Numbered from the stretch's first letter, positions 1-11,754 are shown. The stretch is 64,000 nt of DNA from Microcoleus sp. (GCA_042408215.1 JAYFMW010000017.1:288001-352000), one strand, 5' to 3'. Made by a program: numbers and translations. The notes: a model not told the origin generated them from the letters alone.

Positions 1-219
1 GTAGTTGGCGATCGAGCTGTTAGCATTCGCAACTATATTAAAGCTATAACTTTAGCAATGGCCGCTCAAATGACTGATGATGCTGACAAATATGCCATCT
101 TTTTAACACCAGAATACGCGCAATTTGCATCTACAACCGCAATTCCCGTGCGGCTGATGACAGAGATTCCCCCAGAAGCTAATGCAGTCGTGCAAAGTTT
201 CATGCAGCAGCATAAGTAG
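1..219 (+). CDS. 3' end of a CDS entering from the left edge (possibly an alpha/beta hydrolase C-terminus)
   Basis: Frame 1 is open from base 1 (VVGDRAVSIRNYIKAITLAM...FLTPEYAQFAS...MQQHK) to TAG at 217-219, followed by STRR repeats. Family call is weak. Confidence 0.55.
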   Translation, partial: VVGDRAVSIRNYIKAITLAMAAQMTDDADKYAIFLTPEYAQFASTTAIPVRLMTEIPPEANAVVQSFMQQHK

Positions 220-345
220 TCATTAGTCAGTAGTCAGTAGTCATTAGTCATTAGTTAGTAGTCATTAGTTAGTAGTCATTAGTTAGTAGTCATTAGTTAG
301 TAGTCAGTAGTCATTAGTCAGTAGTCAGTAGTCAGTTGTAGTCAG
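217..345. repeat. STRR-type heptamer tandem repeat (TAGTCAT/TAGTCAG/TAGT)
   Basis: Directly visible tandem heptamers after the stop codon; typical of filamentous cyanobacteria. Confidence 0.9.
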
Positions 346-430
346 GACTTTAATCCTTATTAGCTAAAAGCTTTAAGAAAGGACGGTCGTCCTCACTACC
401 AACTTATGATGGTTAGATCGCCTGACATAA

Positions 431-765
431 TACAGCAGATTCCACGTTTATGAAGTACACCCCAGATCGATCCCCGTAGGGACACTCAAGCGTGCCTATT
501 TGTGTCAACTTAAGCCTGAAACCCTTGAGAAATCTGGGTTTTACGCCAAGTCTAGATCCCCCTAAATCCCCCTTAAGAAGGGAGTAGGGTGTGAGTAGGG
601 GGTGACTTTGAGAAGACTCCTGTCCCCCCCTTCTTAAGGGGGGCTAGGGGGGATCTGGCCTTAATAGTCAAACAGCAGTCTCTGACTGGGTTTCAGCCTT
701 AAGTTGACACCTATGGGCACGCTTGAGTGTCCATACTACACTTCATAAACCTGGAATACGCTGTA
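431..765 (+). mobile_element. Nested MITE-like repeat, copy 1
   Basis: Outer IR TACAGCAGATTCCACGTTTATGAAGT / ACTTCATAAACCTGGAATACGCTGTA. Inside it GGACACTCAAGCGTGCC / GGCACGCTTGAGTGTCC, then GTGTCAACTTAAG / CTTAAGTTGACAC, then a CCCCCTAAATCCCCCTTAAGAAGGG...CCCCCTTCTTAAGGGGGGCTAGGGGG core. Confidence 0.85.
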
Positions 766-769
766 TCAG

Positions 770-802
770 AGCATAAATTTGCTAAAATAGCAAATTTATG
801 CT
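770..802 (-). terminator. Hairpin downstream of the RTX protease gene, possible terminator
   Basis: 15-bp perfect stem AGCATAAATTTGCTA-aaa-TAGCAAATTTATGCT about 60 bp past the stop at 865. Confidence 0.45.
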
Positions 803-864
803 TCCAGTCAAAAAGCTTTTCACGCGCTACTTTTCAGGTTGTGTGGGCTTCGCGATATTTGTGA

Positions 865-3800
865 CTAAATAGCCAGAAAAAGAGAGTTGTTGATAGAAGC
901 AGCTTGCACTCCTATCAAAGTAGCTAAAACTTCATTGGTAGCTGTTACCTTGATGATGGTATTGGCAGGATTGGAGTCTGAGGCAATGGTTAGCTGAGCA
1001 AATGTCAAGCCACCGGCTAGGCCCAGAGTGTCTTTATTGCCGCCTGTAGCAGTGAAGTCAAGTAAAGTATCAACTCCGTTTCCAGAAGCAAAAACAAATA
1101 AGTCCTGGCCGTTTCCGCCCGTGAGGGTGTCGTCACCCATTCCGCCCGTGAGGGTGTCCTTGTTAGCCCCACCATCGAGCCAGTCATCACCAAAGCCACC
1201 GAATAGGGAATCAGTACCATTTTGACCTGTGAGGGTGTCGTTACCGGCTTCGCCGTCGAGGTAATCATTGCCGGTGTCGCCGTTGAGGGTGTCGTTACCA
1301 GCACCACCGAGAATGCTGTCATCGCCTGCATTGCCAATCAGGGTGTCATCGCCTGCATTGCCCATCAGGGAACTGGAGCCTGAGTTACCTATTAGGAGGA
1401 TACCAGGGACGGGGGAAGGTGCAGGTGTGGGCGTTACCGATGGTGTCGGTGTTACCGCAGGCGTTGGTGTTACCGATGGCGTAGGTGTTACCGCAGGCGT
1501 AGGTGTTACCGATGGCGTAGGTGTTACCGCTGGTGTTGGTGTTACCGATGGCGTAGGTGTTACCGCTGGTGTTGGTGTTACCGCTGGCGTTGGTGTTACC
1601 GCAGGCGTTGGTGTTACCGATGGTGTTGGTGTTACCGCTGGTGTGGGTGTTACCGCTGGTGTTACCGCAGGTGCTGGCGTTACCGCTGGCGTTACCGATG
1701 GTGTCGGTGTTACCGATGGTGTCGGTGTTACCGATGGTGTCGGTGTTACCGCAGGTGCTGGTGTTACCGCAGGCGTTACCGATGGTGCTGGTGTTACCGA
1801 TGGCGTTACCGATGGTGCTGGTGTTACCGCAGGTGTTACCGCAGGTGCTGGTGTTACCGCTGGTGTTACCGCTGGTGTTACCGCTGGTGTTACCGCTGGT
1901 GTTACCGCAGGTGCTGGTGTTACCGCAGGTGCTGGTGTTACCGCTGGTGCTGGTGTTACCGCAGGTGCTGGTGTTACCGCAGGTGCTGGTGTTACCGCAG
2001 GTGCTGGTGTTACCGCAGGTGTTACCGCAGGTGCTGGTGTTACCGCAGGTGCTGGTGTTACCGCAGGTGTTACCGATGGTGTGGGTGTTTCCCTTGGTGT
2101 TGGCGTTACCGATGGTGTGGGTGTTTCCCCTGGTGTTACCGATGGCGTGGGTGTTTCCCCTGGTGTTACCGATGGCGTGGGTGTTTCCCCTGGTGTGGGT
2201 GTTACCGATGGCGTGGGTGTTTCCCCTGGTGTTGGTGTTACCGCAGGCGTGGGTGTTTCCCCTGGTGTTGGTGTTACCGCAGGCGTGGGTGTTTCCGCAG
2301 GCGTTGGTTTTTTCCCTGGTGTGGGTGTTTCCGCAGGCGTTGGTTTTTTCCCAGGTGTGGGTGTTTCCGCAGGTGTGGGTGTTATCGCAGGTGTAGGTGT
2401 TGCCGATGGTGTGGGTGTTTTTGGCGTGCCCAATTGCAAGTTTTTGAGGATGGCTAAAAGTTCATTATCTTTACCTTTGCCACGCCAGACTAAGGTATCT
2501 TTGGCATTTTCACCAGTGCCGTTGGTAAACTCTAATTCGTCATTTCTCAGTCCCTTCAAAACTCCTAGATTATCTTGACCGATCGCGTAATCCCAGATGA
2601 TATCTACTCCCTCACCAGGAGAAAGCATAAAGATATCTTGACCGCCACCACCATAAAGGTTATCGTTGCCAACTTCGCCGTAGATTACGTCGTTGCCGTT
2701 GCCACCAAGGATGGAATCATCGCCGCTGTCTCCGTAGAGAGTGTCACCATCTTCGTTACCTAAAAGGGTGTCATTGCCGGCACCGCCGTAGATGAGGTCG
2801 AAACCGAAACCGCCGTCGAGGGTGTCGTTGCCGGCACTGCCTTCGAGGATGTCGTCGTCGCCGCCGCCACCCATGTTGTCGTCGCCGGAACGTCCTAAAA
2901 GGGTGTCTTTGCCGTCGCCGCCTTTCATCCAGTCGTTGCCTTCGCGGCCGTCCATGTGGTCGTCGCCGCCACCGCCAATTAGGGAGTCATTGCCTACTTT
3001 GCCGTCAAGGATGTCGTTGCCACCTAAACCGCTGATGACGTTGGGGCCGTTGTCGCCGATGAGGGTGTCGTTGTAGTCGGAACCTTCCAGGTTTTCGACG
3101 TTTTCGATTCTGTCGCCTTCGGCATCGCCTCCTACACCTCGGCCTGGTTGCAGGTGGACGTACACGGGTGCTTTTGAGTCAAAGTAGGAAACGGTGTCGT
3201 CTCCTGTCCCGCCGTCTTGGAAGTCGGCACCGGAGCCACCGACGAGAAAATCATTGCCGCTGTCTCCGTAAAGACGATCGTTATCTTCGCCGCCCAATAA
3301 GCTGTCGTCGCCTGCATCGCCGTGTAGGGAGTCTTTGCCAGTTTCGCCGTAAATGAGGTCGATGGCATCCCCACCACTCATTTCGTCGTCACCACTACCG
3401 CCGTAGAGGGTGTCGTCGTCGGCATCGCCGGCCATGATGTCGTTGTCGCTGTCGCCATAGAGGAGGTCGGCGCTGTTGCCGCCGCTGAGGTTGTCGGTGC
3501 CGTTGCCGCCGTAGATGAGGTCTTCGGCGTTGTCTCCTGCTAGTTTGTCGTTGCCATCTTCGCCGTAGAGGGTGTCTGTGTCTTCGCCGCCGCTCATTTG
3601 GTCGTTGCCAGTACCGCCGTAGAGGGTATCGCTACCGTTGTCGCCGGCCATGATGTCGTTGTCGCTGTCGCCATAGAGGAGGTCAGCACCGTTGCCGCCG
3701 CTGAGGGTGTCGGTGCCGTTGCCGCCGTAGATGAGGTCTTCGGCGTTGTCTCCTGCTAGTTGGTCGTTGCCATCTTCGCCGTAGAGGGTGTCTGTGTCTT

Positions 3801-6800
3801 CGCCGCCGCTCATTTGGTCGTTGCCAGTACCGCCGTAGAGGGTATCGCTACCGTTGTCGCCGGCCATGATGTCGTTGTCGCCGTCGCCGTAGAGTTGGTC
3901 TTTGTCGTCACCGCCGCTGAGAATGTCGTTGCCTGCGTTGCCGTGTAGGATATCTTGACCTTGTTCGCCTAAGAGTTGGTCTGCGCCGTCGTTGCCGTTG
4001 AGGATGTCGTCGCCGGTGTTGCCGTTGAGGAAATCGTCGCCCGCGTTGCCGTTCAAGATGTCGTTGTCTTCGTTGCCGAAAAGTTGGTCTGTGCCGTCGC
4101 CGCCGTTGAGTAAGTCTTGGCCAATTTGACCAAAAAGGCGATCGTTACCTGCGTCACCGTTGAGGATGTCGTTACCGTTACCGCCTTCTAGGAGGTCGTC
4201 GTCTTCGTTGCCGTTGAGTTGGTCTACACCTTCGCCGCCGTAGAGGTTGTCATTGCCTGCATTGCCGTTGAGTTGGTCTTCGCCGTCGTCGCCGTAGAGG
4301 TTGTCGGTGCCGTCGCCACCATTTAGGGAGTCGTTGCCTGTGTCGCCGTGTAGGAGGTCGTTACCGCTGTCGCCTTGCAGGAGGTCGTTGTCTTCGTTGC
4401 CGGAAAGGGTGTCATTGTCTCCACCGCCGTTGAGGGTGTCTTGACCAAGTTGACCTAAGAGTGAGTCGTTGCCGGAGTCACCATTTAAGGAGTCGTTGCC
4501 GATTTCACCGTAGAGGGTGTCTTCGCCGTCGTTGCCGTTGAGTAAGTCGTCGTCTTCGCCTCCGATTAGTTGGTCTTGTTCTGTACCGCCGTTGAGGGTA
4601 TCTTGACCAAGTTGACCTAAGAGTGAGTCGTTGCCTGCGTCACCATTCAAGGAGTCGTTGCCGATGTCGCCGTAGAGGGTGTCTTGGCCGTCGTTGCCGT
4701 TGAGTAAGTCGTCGTCTTCGCCTCCGAGTAGTTGGTCTTGTTCTGTACCACCGTTGAGGGTGTCGTTGCCAAGTTGACCTTGCAGGATGTCGTCGCCTGC
4801 ATCGCCATTTAGGGAGTCGTTGCCAGTGTCACCGTAGAGGGTGTCTTGGCCGTTGTTGCCGTTGAGTAAGGTCGTCGTCTTCGTTGCCGTTGAGTAAGTC
4901 TTGGCCATCGCCTCCTGAGAGGGTATCATTTCCAGTGTTGCCTGCGAGTTGATCATCGCCTTCTTCGCCGTAGAGAATATCGGCGTTGTCTCCGCCGTTG
5001 AGGATGTCGTTATCGAGGTTGCCATAGAGGAAGTCGTTGCCTGCGTCACCATTTAGGGAGTCTTCTCCTTTACCGCCATAGAGGTTGTCGTTGTCTGTAC
5101 CGCCGTTGAGGGTGTCATTGCCAAGTTGACCTAAGAGTGAGTCGTTGCCCGCGTCACCATTTAGGGAGTCGTTACCGGTTTCGCCGTAGAGGGTGTCTTG
5201 GCCGTCGTTGCCGTTGAGGATGTCTTCGTTGTCGCCGCCGTAGAGTTGGTCTTGGTCGGTGCCACCGCTGAGGGTGTCGTTTCCTTCTTGGCCAAACAGG
5301 ATGTCATTTCCCTCGTCACCGCTTGCTTGGTCATTACCGAGTTCGCCATAAAGGATATCTTGACCCTCATTTCCGTTAAGGATATCGTTGCCTTTACCTC
5401 CGTAGAGATTATCATTTCCGCCATCTCCTTGAAGTGCATCATTTCCTACTTCACCATACAGGTTATCAACTCCTCCGCCACCACTCAGAAAGTCGTTGTC
5501 TTCTCCACCGTAGAGTTGGTCTTCGTTATCACCACCGTAAAGATTGTCTGCACCAGTGCCACCTAAAAGGATGTCATTGTTACCATCACCATAAAGGTAA
5601 TCGTTTCCATTACCGCCTTCTATAGCGTCGTCACCATTACCACCTGAAAGGGTATCGTTACCATCAAACTCAGTAGTATTAAATTCGACAATGATCGAAT
5701 TGTCAGGATTTTCCTCATAAGAGGTTACATCTATTTCGTCATTGTTTGTACTGCCATTAAAACCTAGAAAGCTGTTTTGATTGGAGCCTGGAGTATTAGC
5801 ACCATCCTGTATAATTTGATCGCCAGATTGACTCTCTCCTTTAGTTCCTCCTCCATACAGTTTGTCATTGCCATCTCCACCGTAAATCTTATCATTGTTA
5901 CCTCCTCCAAGTATCATATCCTGACCCTTGTTTCCATATATCGTATTTGCTTTGTTGTTTCCCAATATCAAGTCATTAATTGGTGAACCAATTAAGTTTT
6001 CAATGGTTGCATCAAATGACGGAAGACCGGGACTGTAAGCAAGTTCAGTACCATATTCCATGACTTTCTTATAATTACTATAAGCAGATAGTTCACTAAG
6101 CATACCGCCTGGGTTCATATCAAATACGTAATCTAATTTTAATAAGATACTGATTTCTTTAGAAATAAGGCCAGTAACAGAACTAGCAATACTTTTGATT
6201 ATTTTAGTAGTTCCGCCTATGATACCTCCTAAATCTAAATTCTTTACATCAGAAAAATCTAGGGTGTCATTTTCTCCACCACTATCCCATATAGTTGATT
6301 TTACTGGTTCTCCCTTAAACGTATTTTTGTAATAGTCCTTGATTCCATCTGAATAGCTATACACATTATAAAATTTGTATGTAGTATCTCCATGATTGTT
6401 TTGTTTCGCCTTGTAAAGAGATTGCAGTGCAAAAATATCATAAGGCATCAATGAAACAGCATTGCTACCAGGGCGGTTGTAGCTCATTACTGTATTGGTG
6501 TTGTTATCATGTAAACCTGGTAATAATGGTTGTGGTTGATCCTCGTATGCTCCTGCACTGAAAGGATGCTTCAAACCTAAAGTGTGTCCAATTTCATGAA
6601 TCATCGTTTCATAACCATCGCCACCAGGACCAGCTAACCATCCACCAGAGAATCCAGAAAACAAAGAGAAACCATTTTCATATTTAGGATCAAAGTAAAC
6701 ATCACCGGTTAATTCAGTACTCCTGTCTGGCCTATTGTTTAGATTGAGAGCATCGGCTGTGGGCCACAGGCCTTCACCATGTTTCTCTTGTACTTCTCCT

Positions 6801-7159
6801 TTATCATTTGTAGTGGTGAGGTTAGAATACATAAAACGCAACTGCCCGGTATTTCCAGTTTCATAACGAAGGAAATTGCCGTTATTGTCATACTTAGGTC
6901 TTAAAGTTTCTGTTTCTGGTTTAAAATTGATTGGTATAACCGAGCCATAAACATCATTGAGAATATTTGTGATATACGTTTGAACACTAGAAGGCTGAAC
7001 ACTAGAAGGCAGGGGACGAATATCCTTTCCATTACCAAAATCTGCCACGTATAAATCATCAGTATCATCATTAATAAAGCTATATGTTAGTTGAGAAGTA
7101 CCTTGCGGCCATCGAGAACCACTAAGTAATCCTTGTAAATTAAAATTAGGTGTAGCCAT
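865..7159 (-). CDS. Large RTX Ca-binding protein with N-terminal M10/serralysin-like zinc metalloprotease domain and Pro/Thr linker; split by a 1-nt insertion near 4870 (about 2097 aa if repaired)
   Basis: [11 protein letters not shown] zinc motif and TVMSY Met-turn in ORF 4829-7159; GGxGxD nonapeptides continue in ORF 865-5052. At 4863-4882 the repeat reads TGAGTAAGGTCGTCGTCTTC versus TGAGTAAGTCGTCGTCTTC in sister repeats. Span 6295 = 3x2098+1. Confidence 0.85.
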
Positions 7160-7318
7160 GATCCTTTCTCCTTTGAATTATGTTAGTGAACCCTGAACAA
7201 TGTAAATGCAGATACGCGAAACTTACTCGCCTTTTTTCCCAAGCGATACTATGAGGAAATAATGAACGCGATCGCGCTAGTATTACCTTCTATAAAACCT
7301 ATTGGGGTTAACCCCTAA

Positions 7319-7835
7319 TTTTTATGCAGCTTTGCCGAATTTGTTACAAAACTTTGCATAAAGCCCGTCACATCAAAATACGCCCCTGGAAAATTCCCCA
7401 GTGCGCCCTTCCCTAAAACCTTTCATATCAATCTTCATGCACCCTCCAAAAGAGAAACTTTGTAACCTCTGTCTATCTATCAGTCTCAGCCCGTGACTTT
7501 TATGCAAAAACTCAGCTTTTTGTTACAAAACTTTACACAAAGCCCGCCCAATCAAAATACGCCCCTGGAAAATTCCCCAGTGCGCCCTTCCCTAAAACCT
7601 TTAATATCAATCTTCATGCACCCTCCAAAATCGAAACTTTGTAACCTCTGTCTATCTATCAGTCTCAGCCCGTGACTTTTATGCAAAAACTCAGCTTTTG
7701 TTACAAAACTTTACACAAAGCCCGCCCAATCAAATTACGCCCCTGGAAAATTCCCCAGTGCGCCCTTCCCTAAAACCTTTCATATCAATCTTCATGCACC
7801 CTCCAAAAGAGAAATTTCGTAACTTCGATCTATCT
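7319..7835. repeat. Three imperfect tandem copies of a ~179-bp unit upstream of the RTX protease
   Basis: Units start near 7319, 7498 and 7677; shared TTGTTACAAAACTTT...CCCCTGGAAAATTCCCCAGTGCGCCCTTCCC...AAACTTTGTAACC. Confidence 0.9.
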
Positions 7836-8407
7836 CTGTTTTTCTTCCGAGCTGATACTAATTCGTATTTACTAGCAATATTACACCAAAATTACGTTTG
7901 CAACAATCACGTAAACGCCCGATCGCAATTAATTTCTCTCATTGGTGCGATCGGACTAATTACGTGCTCGTAAAAACCTGTATAAAATTGTCAGCATAAT
8001 TGCTAATTTACTCACAAAAAAATAGGTGATTTACTATTACTTCACACAAACTTGATTTTTCGCACGTAAATATTGCGTAGACCAATGGAGCGTAATCGCT
8101 CAACTCAGTATTTGTACTGAATCCCGTAGAACATAATTGTTATGAAACCATGACATAATATCGTACAAGTCGCATCTTAGGGAAATAGGGCTGACACACG
8201 ATCACTCATTACCATTATTTGCCCGTAGTAACCTTGACGATAGTCAGTAGTCAGTAGTCAGTTGTTAGTTGTTAGTTGTTAACAGTCAACAGCTAACAAT
8301 TCCCAATTCCCCAGGCCCAATTCCCATAAATTATTAGCGATATTTTATGGCTGTTAAATGGCAAAATATAAATAAAGCAATTTCACAAACTCTACTCGGA
8401 AACTCCT

Positions 8408-8632
8408 ATGGCTAAAAAAAATTTCATCCCGCTGTTGCTACTGTTAACAGCACTTTTTATCACCTATGGTGACAGTTGGACTTTTCTCCCCAAACCTGCA
8501 AGAAATGCCAGTCTGACAAGTCGAAAATTCGTAGTCGGGCTGTGGCCGAGTTGGGTGAAGCCGAGGGATTTGAACGAGAAAAGGCAACGGGAACTTGACG
8601 AACTACAAAAAACTCCCACTCCCAACCGTTGA
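8408..8632 (+). CDS. Small hypothetical membrane/secreted protein (74 aa)
   Basis: ATG preceded by GGA; basic N-terminus followed by hydrophobic stretch FIPLLLLLTALFITYG. Confidence 0.65.
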   Translation: MAKKNFIPLLLLLTALFITYGDSWTFLPKPARNASLTSRKFVVGLWPSWVKPRDLNEKRQRELDELQKTPTPNR

Positions 8633-8684
8633 TGGAAAAAACAAGAATTCTGTTAGATACCCGACTTTTTTAAGAAGTCGGGTA

Positions 8685-8996
8685 TAGCAGTTTTCAATTC
8701 TATGAAATACGGCAGAAGGCTGTAGGGACACGGCGCCGTGCCCATTGGTGTCAACTTAAGCCTAAAGCCCGCCAGGGACTGCTGTTTGACTATTAAATCT
8801 AGATCCCCCCTAGCCCCCCTTAAGAAGGGGGGGACAGGAGTCTTTTCAAAGTCCCCCTTCTTAAGGGGGATTTAGGGGGATCTAGACTTAGCGTAAAACC
8901 CATATTTATCAGGGGTTTCAGCCTGGTTGTTGACACCAATAGGCAGTGCCTAAGTCCCTACCGGACATCTGTACTTCACTCAACTGAGAAATGCTA
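8685..8996 (-). mobile_element. Nested MITE-like repeat, copy 2 (inverted relative to 431-765), inserted with a TA duplication into a GATACCCGAC...GTCGGGTATC palindrome
   Basis: Same GTGTCAACTTAAG IR and CCCCC/AAGAAGGGGG core; outer IR TAGCAGTTTTCAATT / AACTGAGAAATGCTA; TA at 8683-84 and 8997-98. Confidence 0.85.
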
Positions 8997-9030
8997 TATC
9001 TGGCTATTCTGTTTTTTTAAGTTGGTTGAC

Positions 9031-10026
9031 TTAGTTCTTTTTCAACCAGCTAAACATGGCGCGCAAATCTTTGCCGACTTCTTCAATCGGATGTTCTGCT
9101 TCCTGACGGCGCATTGAAATAAATCCTGGTTTGCCGGCTTGGTTTTCTAGAACGAATTCGCGGGCGAATTGGCCTGATTGAATTTCGCTGAGAATTTTAC
9201 GCATTTCGGCGCGGGTTTCATCGGTGACGATGCGGGGGCCGCGAGTTAAATCGCCGTATTCTGCGGTATTAGAGATGCTATCGCGCATTTTGGCGAGGCC
9301 TCCTTCTACTATTAAGTCAACGATTAGTTTGACTTCGTGCAAGCATTCAAAATAAGCTAATTCGGGTTGGTATCCGGCATCAACTAAGGTTTCAAATCCA
9401 GCTTTGATTAAGGCAGTTAAACCGCCGCACAAAACTACTTGTTCGCCAAAAAGATCGGTTTCGGTTTCTTCGCGGAAAGTGGTTTCGAGGATGCCGGCTC
9501 TAGTGCCGCCGATACCTTTAGCATAGGCCATTGCCCGATCGCGCGCTTGGCCAGAAGCATCTTGATAGATTGCAAACAAGCTGGGAACACCTTCTCCCTG
9601 TTCGTAAGTCCGCCGCACCAAATGTCCGGGGCCTTTGGGAGCAACCATTACTACGTCTACATCGGCTGGGGGCACAACTTGGCCGAAGTGAATGTTAAAA
9701 CCGTGGGCAAAAGCCAGAACTTTTCCTGCTGAAAGATGCGGTTCAATCTGTTCTTTGTAAACGGTTTTTTGTACTTCATCTGGCAACAAAATCATGATGA
9801 AGTCAGCGGCGGCGGCTGCTTTGTCTACTGGGTGAACTGTTAAACCTGCTGCGGTTGCTTTGGCTGCCGATTTACTGCCGGGATACAAGCCGACAATGAC
9901 GTTCATGCCACTGTCTTTGAGGTTGAGGGCGTGAGCGTGTCCTTGAGAGCCGTAGCCGATGATGGCAATGGTTTTGTCGGCTAATAGGTCTAGGTTGGCG
10001 TCGGTGTCGTAATACATACGGGCCAT
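9031..10026 (-). CDS. ilvC: Ketol-acid reductoisomerase
   Basis: [52 protein letters not shown] motifs. Confidence 0.98.
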   Translation of the reverse strand: MARMYYDTDANLDLLADKTIAIIGYGSQGHAHALNLKDSGMNVIVGLYPGSKSAAKATAAGLTVHPVDKAAAAADFIMILLPDEVQKTVYKEQIEPHLSAGKVLAFAHGFNIHFGQVVPPADVDVVMVAPKGPGHLVRRTYEQGEGVPSLFAIYQDASGQARDRAMAYAKGIGGTRAGILETTFREETETDLFGEQVVLCGGLTALIKAGFETLVDAGYQPELAYFECLHEVKLIVDLIVEGGLAKMRDSISNTAEYGDLTRGPRIVTDETRAEMRKILSEIQSGQFAREFVLENQAGKPGFISMRRQEAEHPIEEVGKDLRAMFSWLKKN

Positions 10027-10136
10027 AGTGCTTGTCTCCTGCGATGCAAGTGGTAATTGACTGCAAAACTCTTATTTTATCAAAGTATGGTACTTTTTTT
10101 ACAAGAATTTATGGATTCAGATTTAGGCTGTAGGAA

Positions 10137-10250
10137 TTGACACTCCCCGGTCTGAAGACGCGGGGATTCTTAAGGATAAACTTTGGGGGATGAATCCGCC
10201 CAAAGTTTAATTCTTAAAGGGTTAGTCAGCAACCCGCTACCCACTCGCTC
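10137..10250 (-). ncRNA. Predicted TnpB right-end (omega/re) RNA scaffold; 5' boundary unknown, probably within the ORF
   Basis: Sequence from stop to right end is nearly identical in copies A and B, with hairpins AAACTTTGGG..CCCAAAGTTT and the RE stem. Confidence 0.6.
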
Positions 10251-11475
10251 AACAATTGAGTCTATGGCAAATGATTGATTTTCGGATGATGTTGGCTGCG
10301 CCGTTAACATCTGCATTCAGAGTTAATCCCTGAGCCGAACGGTACAAACCTCGTTTAATTCTTTTACCTGATGGTTGCCAATTGTCAGGTTTTTCACCGA
10401 CTGTCACTGGCAGTAAATCTCGGTCTAAGAAGCTGGCTTTTGAGGTGTAAGATTCATCTTGTTCTACAAATCGCCAGCCCCTTAAGTCACATTCCTGTTG
10501 CCATCTATCTTTGACTTTAGCTGTGGGTATTTGGACAAAGTTTTGATTGGTCACGACCCCCATATTGACTTCCTGCTTCTGCCCCTTATTCCAGCCAAAA
10601 ACTATGACGTTAATTTGGTGGTCTTCGCAATGTTTGATTCTGGTTCTGACTGCTTTATTGATGGCATCCCGCATCCTTCTGGCGCGATTTTCTGACAACT
10701 GTTGCAGCCTTTTTGAAGAGAAACCTTTGGGTAACTTGCATTGAGCGTGAGTCGATTGGACGAGGGCTTTTTCCTTGTTCAACCACTGATTCCAAGATTT
10801 CAGTTTCTGACCATCAATGATGAATGGCTTACCATTGCTAGAAACACAAGTTAACCAGTTGTTGATGCCGTGGTCAATTCCCAAAACTCCCGTTACTTCC
10901 AGACTACAACTAGGAGCTTGTTCAGTTAGACTTTCGTGGACATACTCAACCCAGACCACGCCATTTCTAGGGATTAGTCTGAGTTCTTTAATCTGGCATT
11001 TTTTCAGCCGTTCTGGCAATGTCACCCAAAGAGCATCCGTCCCAAAGTGTTCTTTTCCTCTGGTTCCCAGAGGTAGCCTTACCCGATTGCCGACTATTTT
11101 TAAAGCTGGCCCAGGATATGAAACCTGGTACATTGCCCCCTTAGTTCGGTACTTGGGCCGTCTCGGTTTTTGGTTAACTTCTCCTTTCTTCGCTAACTTT
11201 TCTAAGGCTCGGAAAGAGCTAAAGGATTCAGCGACAGATTTGAGGGATTGTTGCGCCACTTGCGAGTAGAGTAACCCGTAATTCTCGTTGGCTTTGGCAA
11301 TTTTGTACAAGTCAGGGTATTTAATGGCACCTTTGTCCTTAAAGTACCGTTGCCGACTTTCGTAAGTCCCAACATTAAACAGGTTGTTTGACCATCTCAA
11401 CAGTTGCTCGACAATAGTTTTGTCAAGTCCCGTTAAATGCCAAACATCTTTTTGCACTGCATACATCTGTTTCAC
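10249..11475 (-). CDS. tnpB: RNA-guided endonuclease TnpB
   Basis: VLGIDHGINN (RuvC-I), EQDESYTSKAS, NADVNGAANI (RuvC-III); AAGGAGG RBS near the start. Confidence 0.92.
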   Translation of the reverse strand: MKQMYAVQKDVWHLTGLDKTIVEQLLRWSNNLFNVGTYESRQRYFKDKGAIKYPDLYKIAKANENYGLLYSQVAQQSLKSVAESFSSFRALEKLAKKGEVNQKPRRPKYRTKGAMYQVSYPGPALKIVGNRVRLPLGTRGKEHFGTDALWVTLPERLKKCQIKELRLIPRNGVVWVEYVHESLTEQAPSCSLEVTGVLGIDHGINNWLTCVSSNGKPFIIDGQKLKSWNQWLNKEKALVQSTHAQCKLPKGFSSKRLQQLSENRARRMRDAINKAVRTRIKHCEDHQINVIVFGWNKGQKQEVNMGVVTNQNFVQIPTAKVKDRWQQECDLRGWRFVEQDESYTSKASFLDRDLLPVTVGEKPDNWQPSGKRIKRGLYRSAQGLTLNADVNGAANIIRKSIICHRLNC

Positions 11476-11754
11476 CTCCTTGATTAAGTTTACTATATTT
11501 TGGTAATATTTGACTGGCAGGATAAATCCTGCAACGCCCTTTCATCCCTGGACTAAAGTCGCAGGGTTTTCAGGGTATTCTTTTATAAAAGGCCGATCGC
11601 CCTTAATTTGGGATGGGTGACGTCGGATTTTAGATCCCCGACAACTTCGGCTCAGTCGGGGAGCTGGGTATTCTGTTTTTTGAGGTGGGTTTACTTATAA
11701 TTGTAAATGCTGTGCTGTGCTGTCTTGAAAATGCGATCGGCTAATTTTTAAACT

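Larger units (their letters stand above)
10137..11584 (-). mobile_element. IS200/IS605-family element with tnpB only (IS1341-like), copy A
   Basis: Left end with hairpin CCCTGCGACTTTAGTCCAGGG preceded by TTTAT; right end hairpin CCCCGCGTCTTCAGACCGGGG ending GAGTGTCAA; both ends match the element at 60500-62048. Confidence 0.85.

Noticed and set aside
1268..2578. Long plus-strand ORFs rich in GV/VLP (also 49953-51254, 56159-57589, 56397-57326)
   Set aside because: Antisense shadows of Pro/Thr linker repeats.
7493..7973. ORFs 7493-7675 and 7698-7973
   Set aside because: Products of the 179-bp repeat; no RBS or domain evidence.
10249..11475. Nuclease-dead TnpB (TldR) or Cas12f
   Set aside because: RuvC-I and RuvC-III Asp are intact, an alternative Glu is present, transposon ends are intact and there is no CRISPR array.
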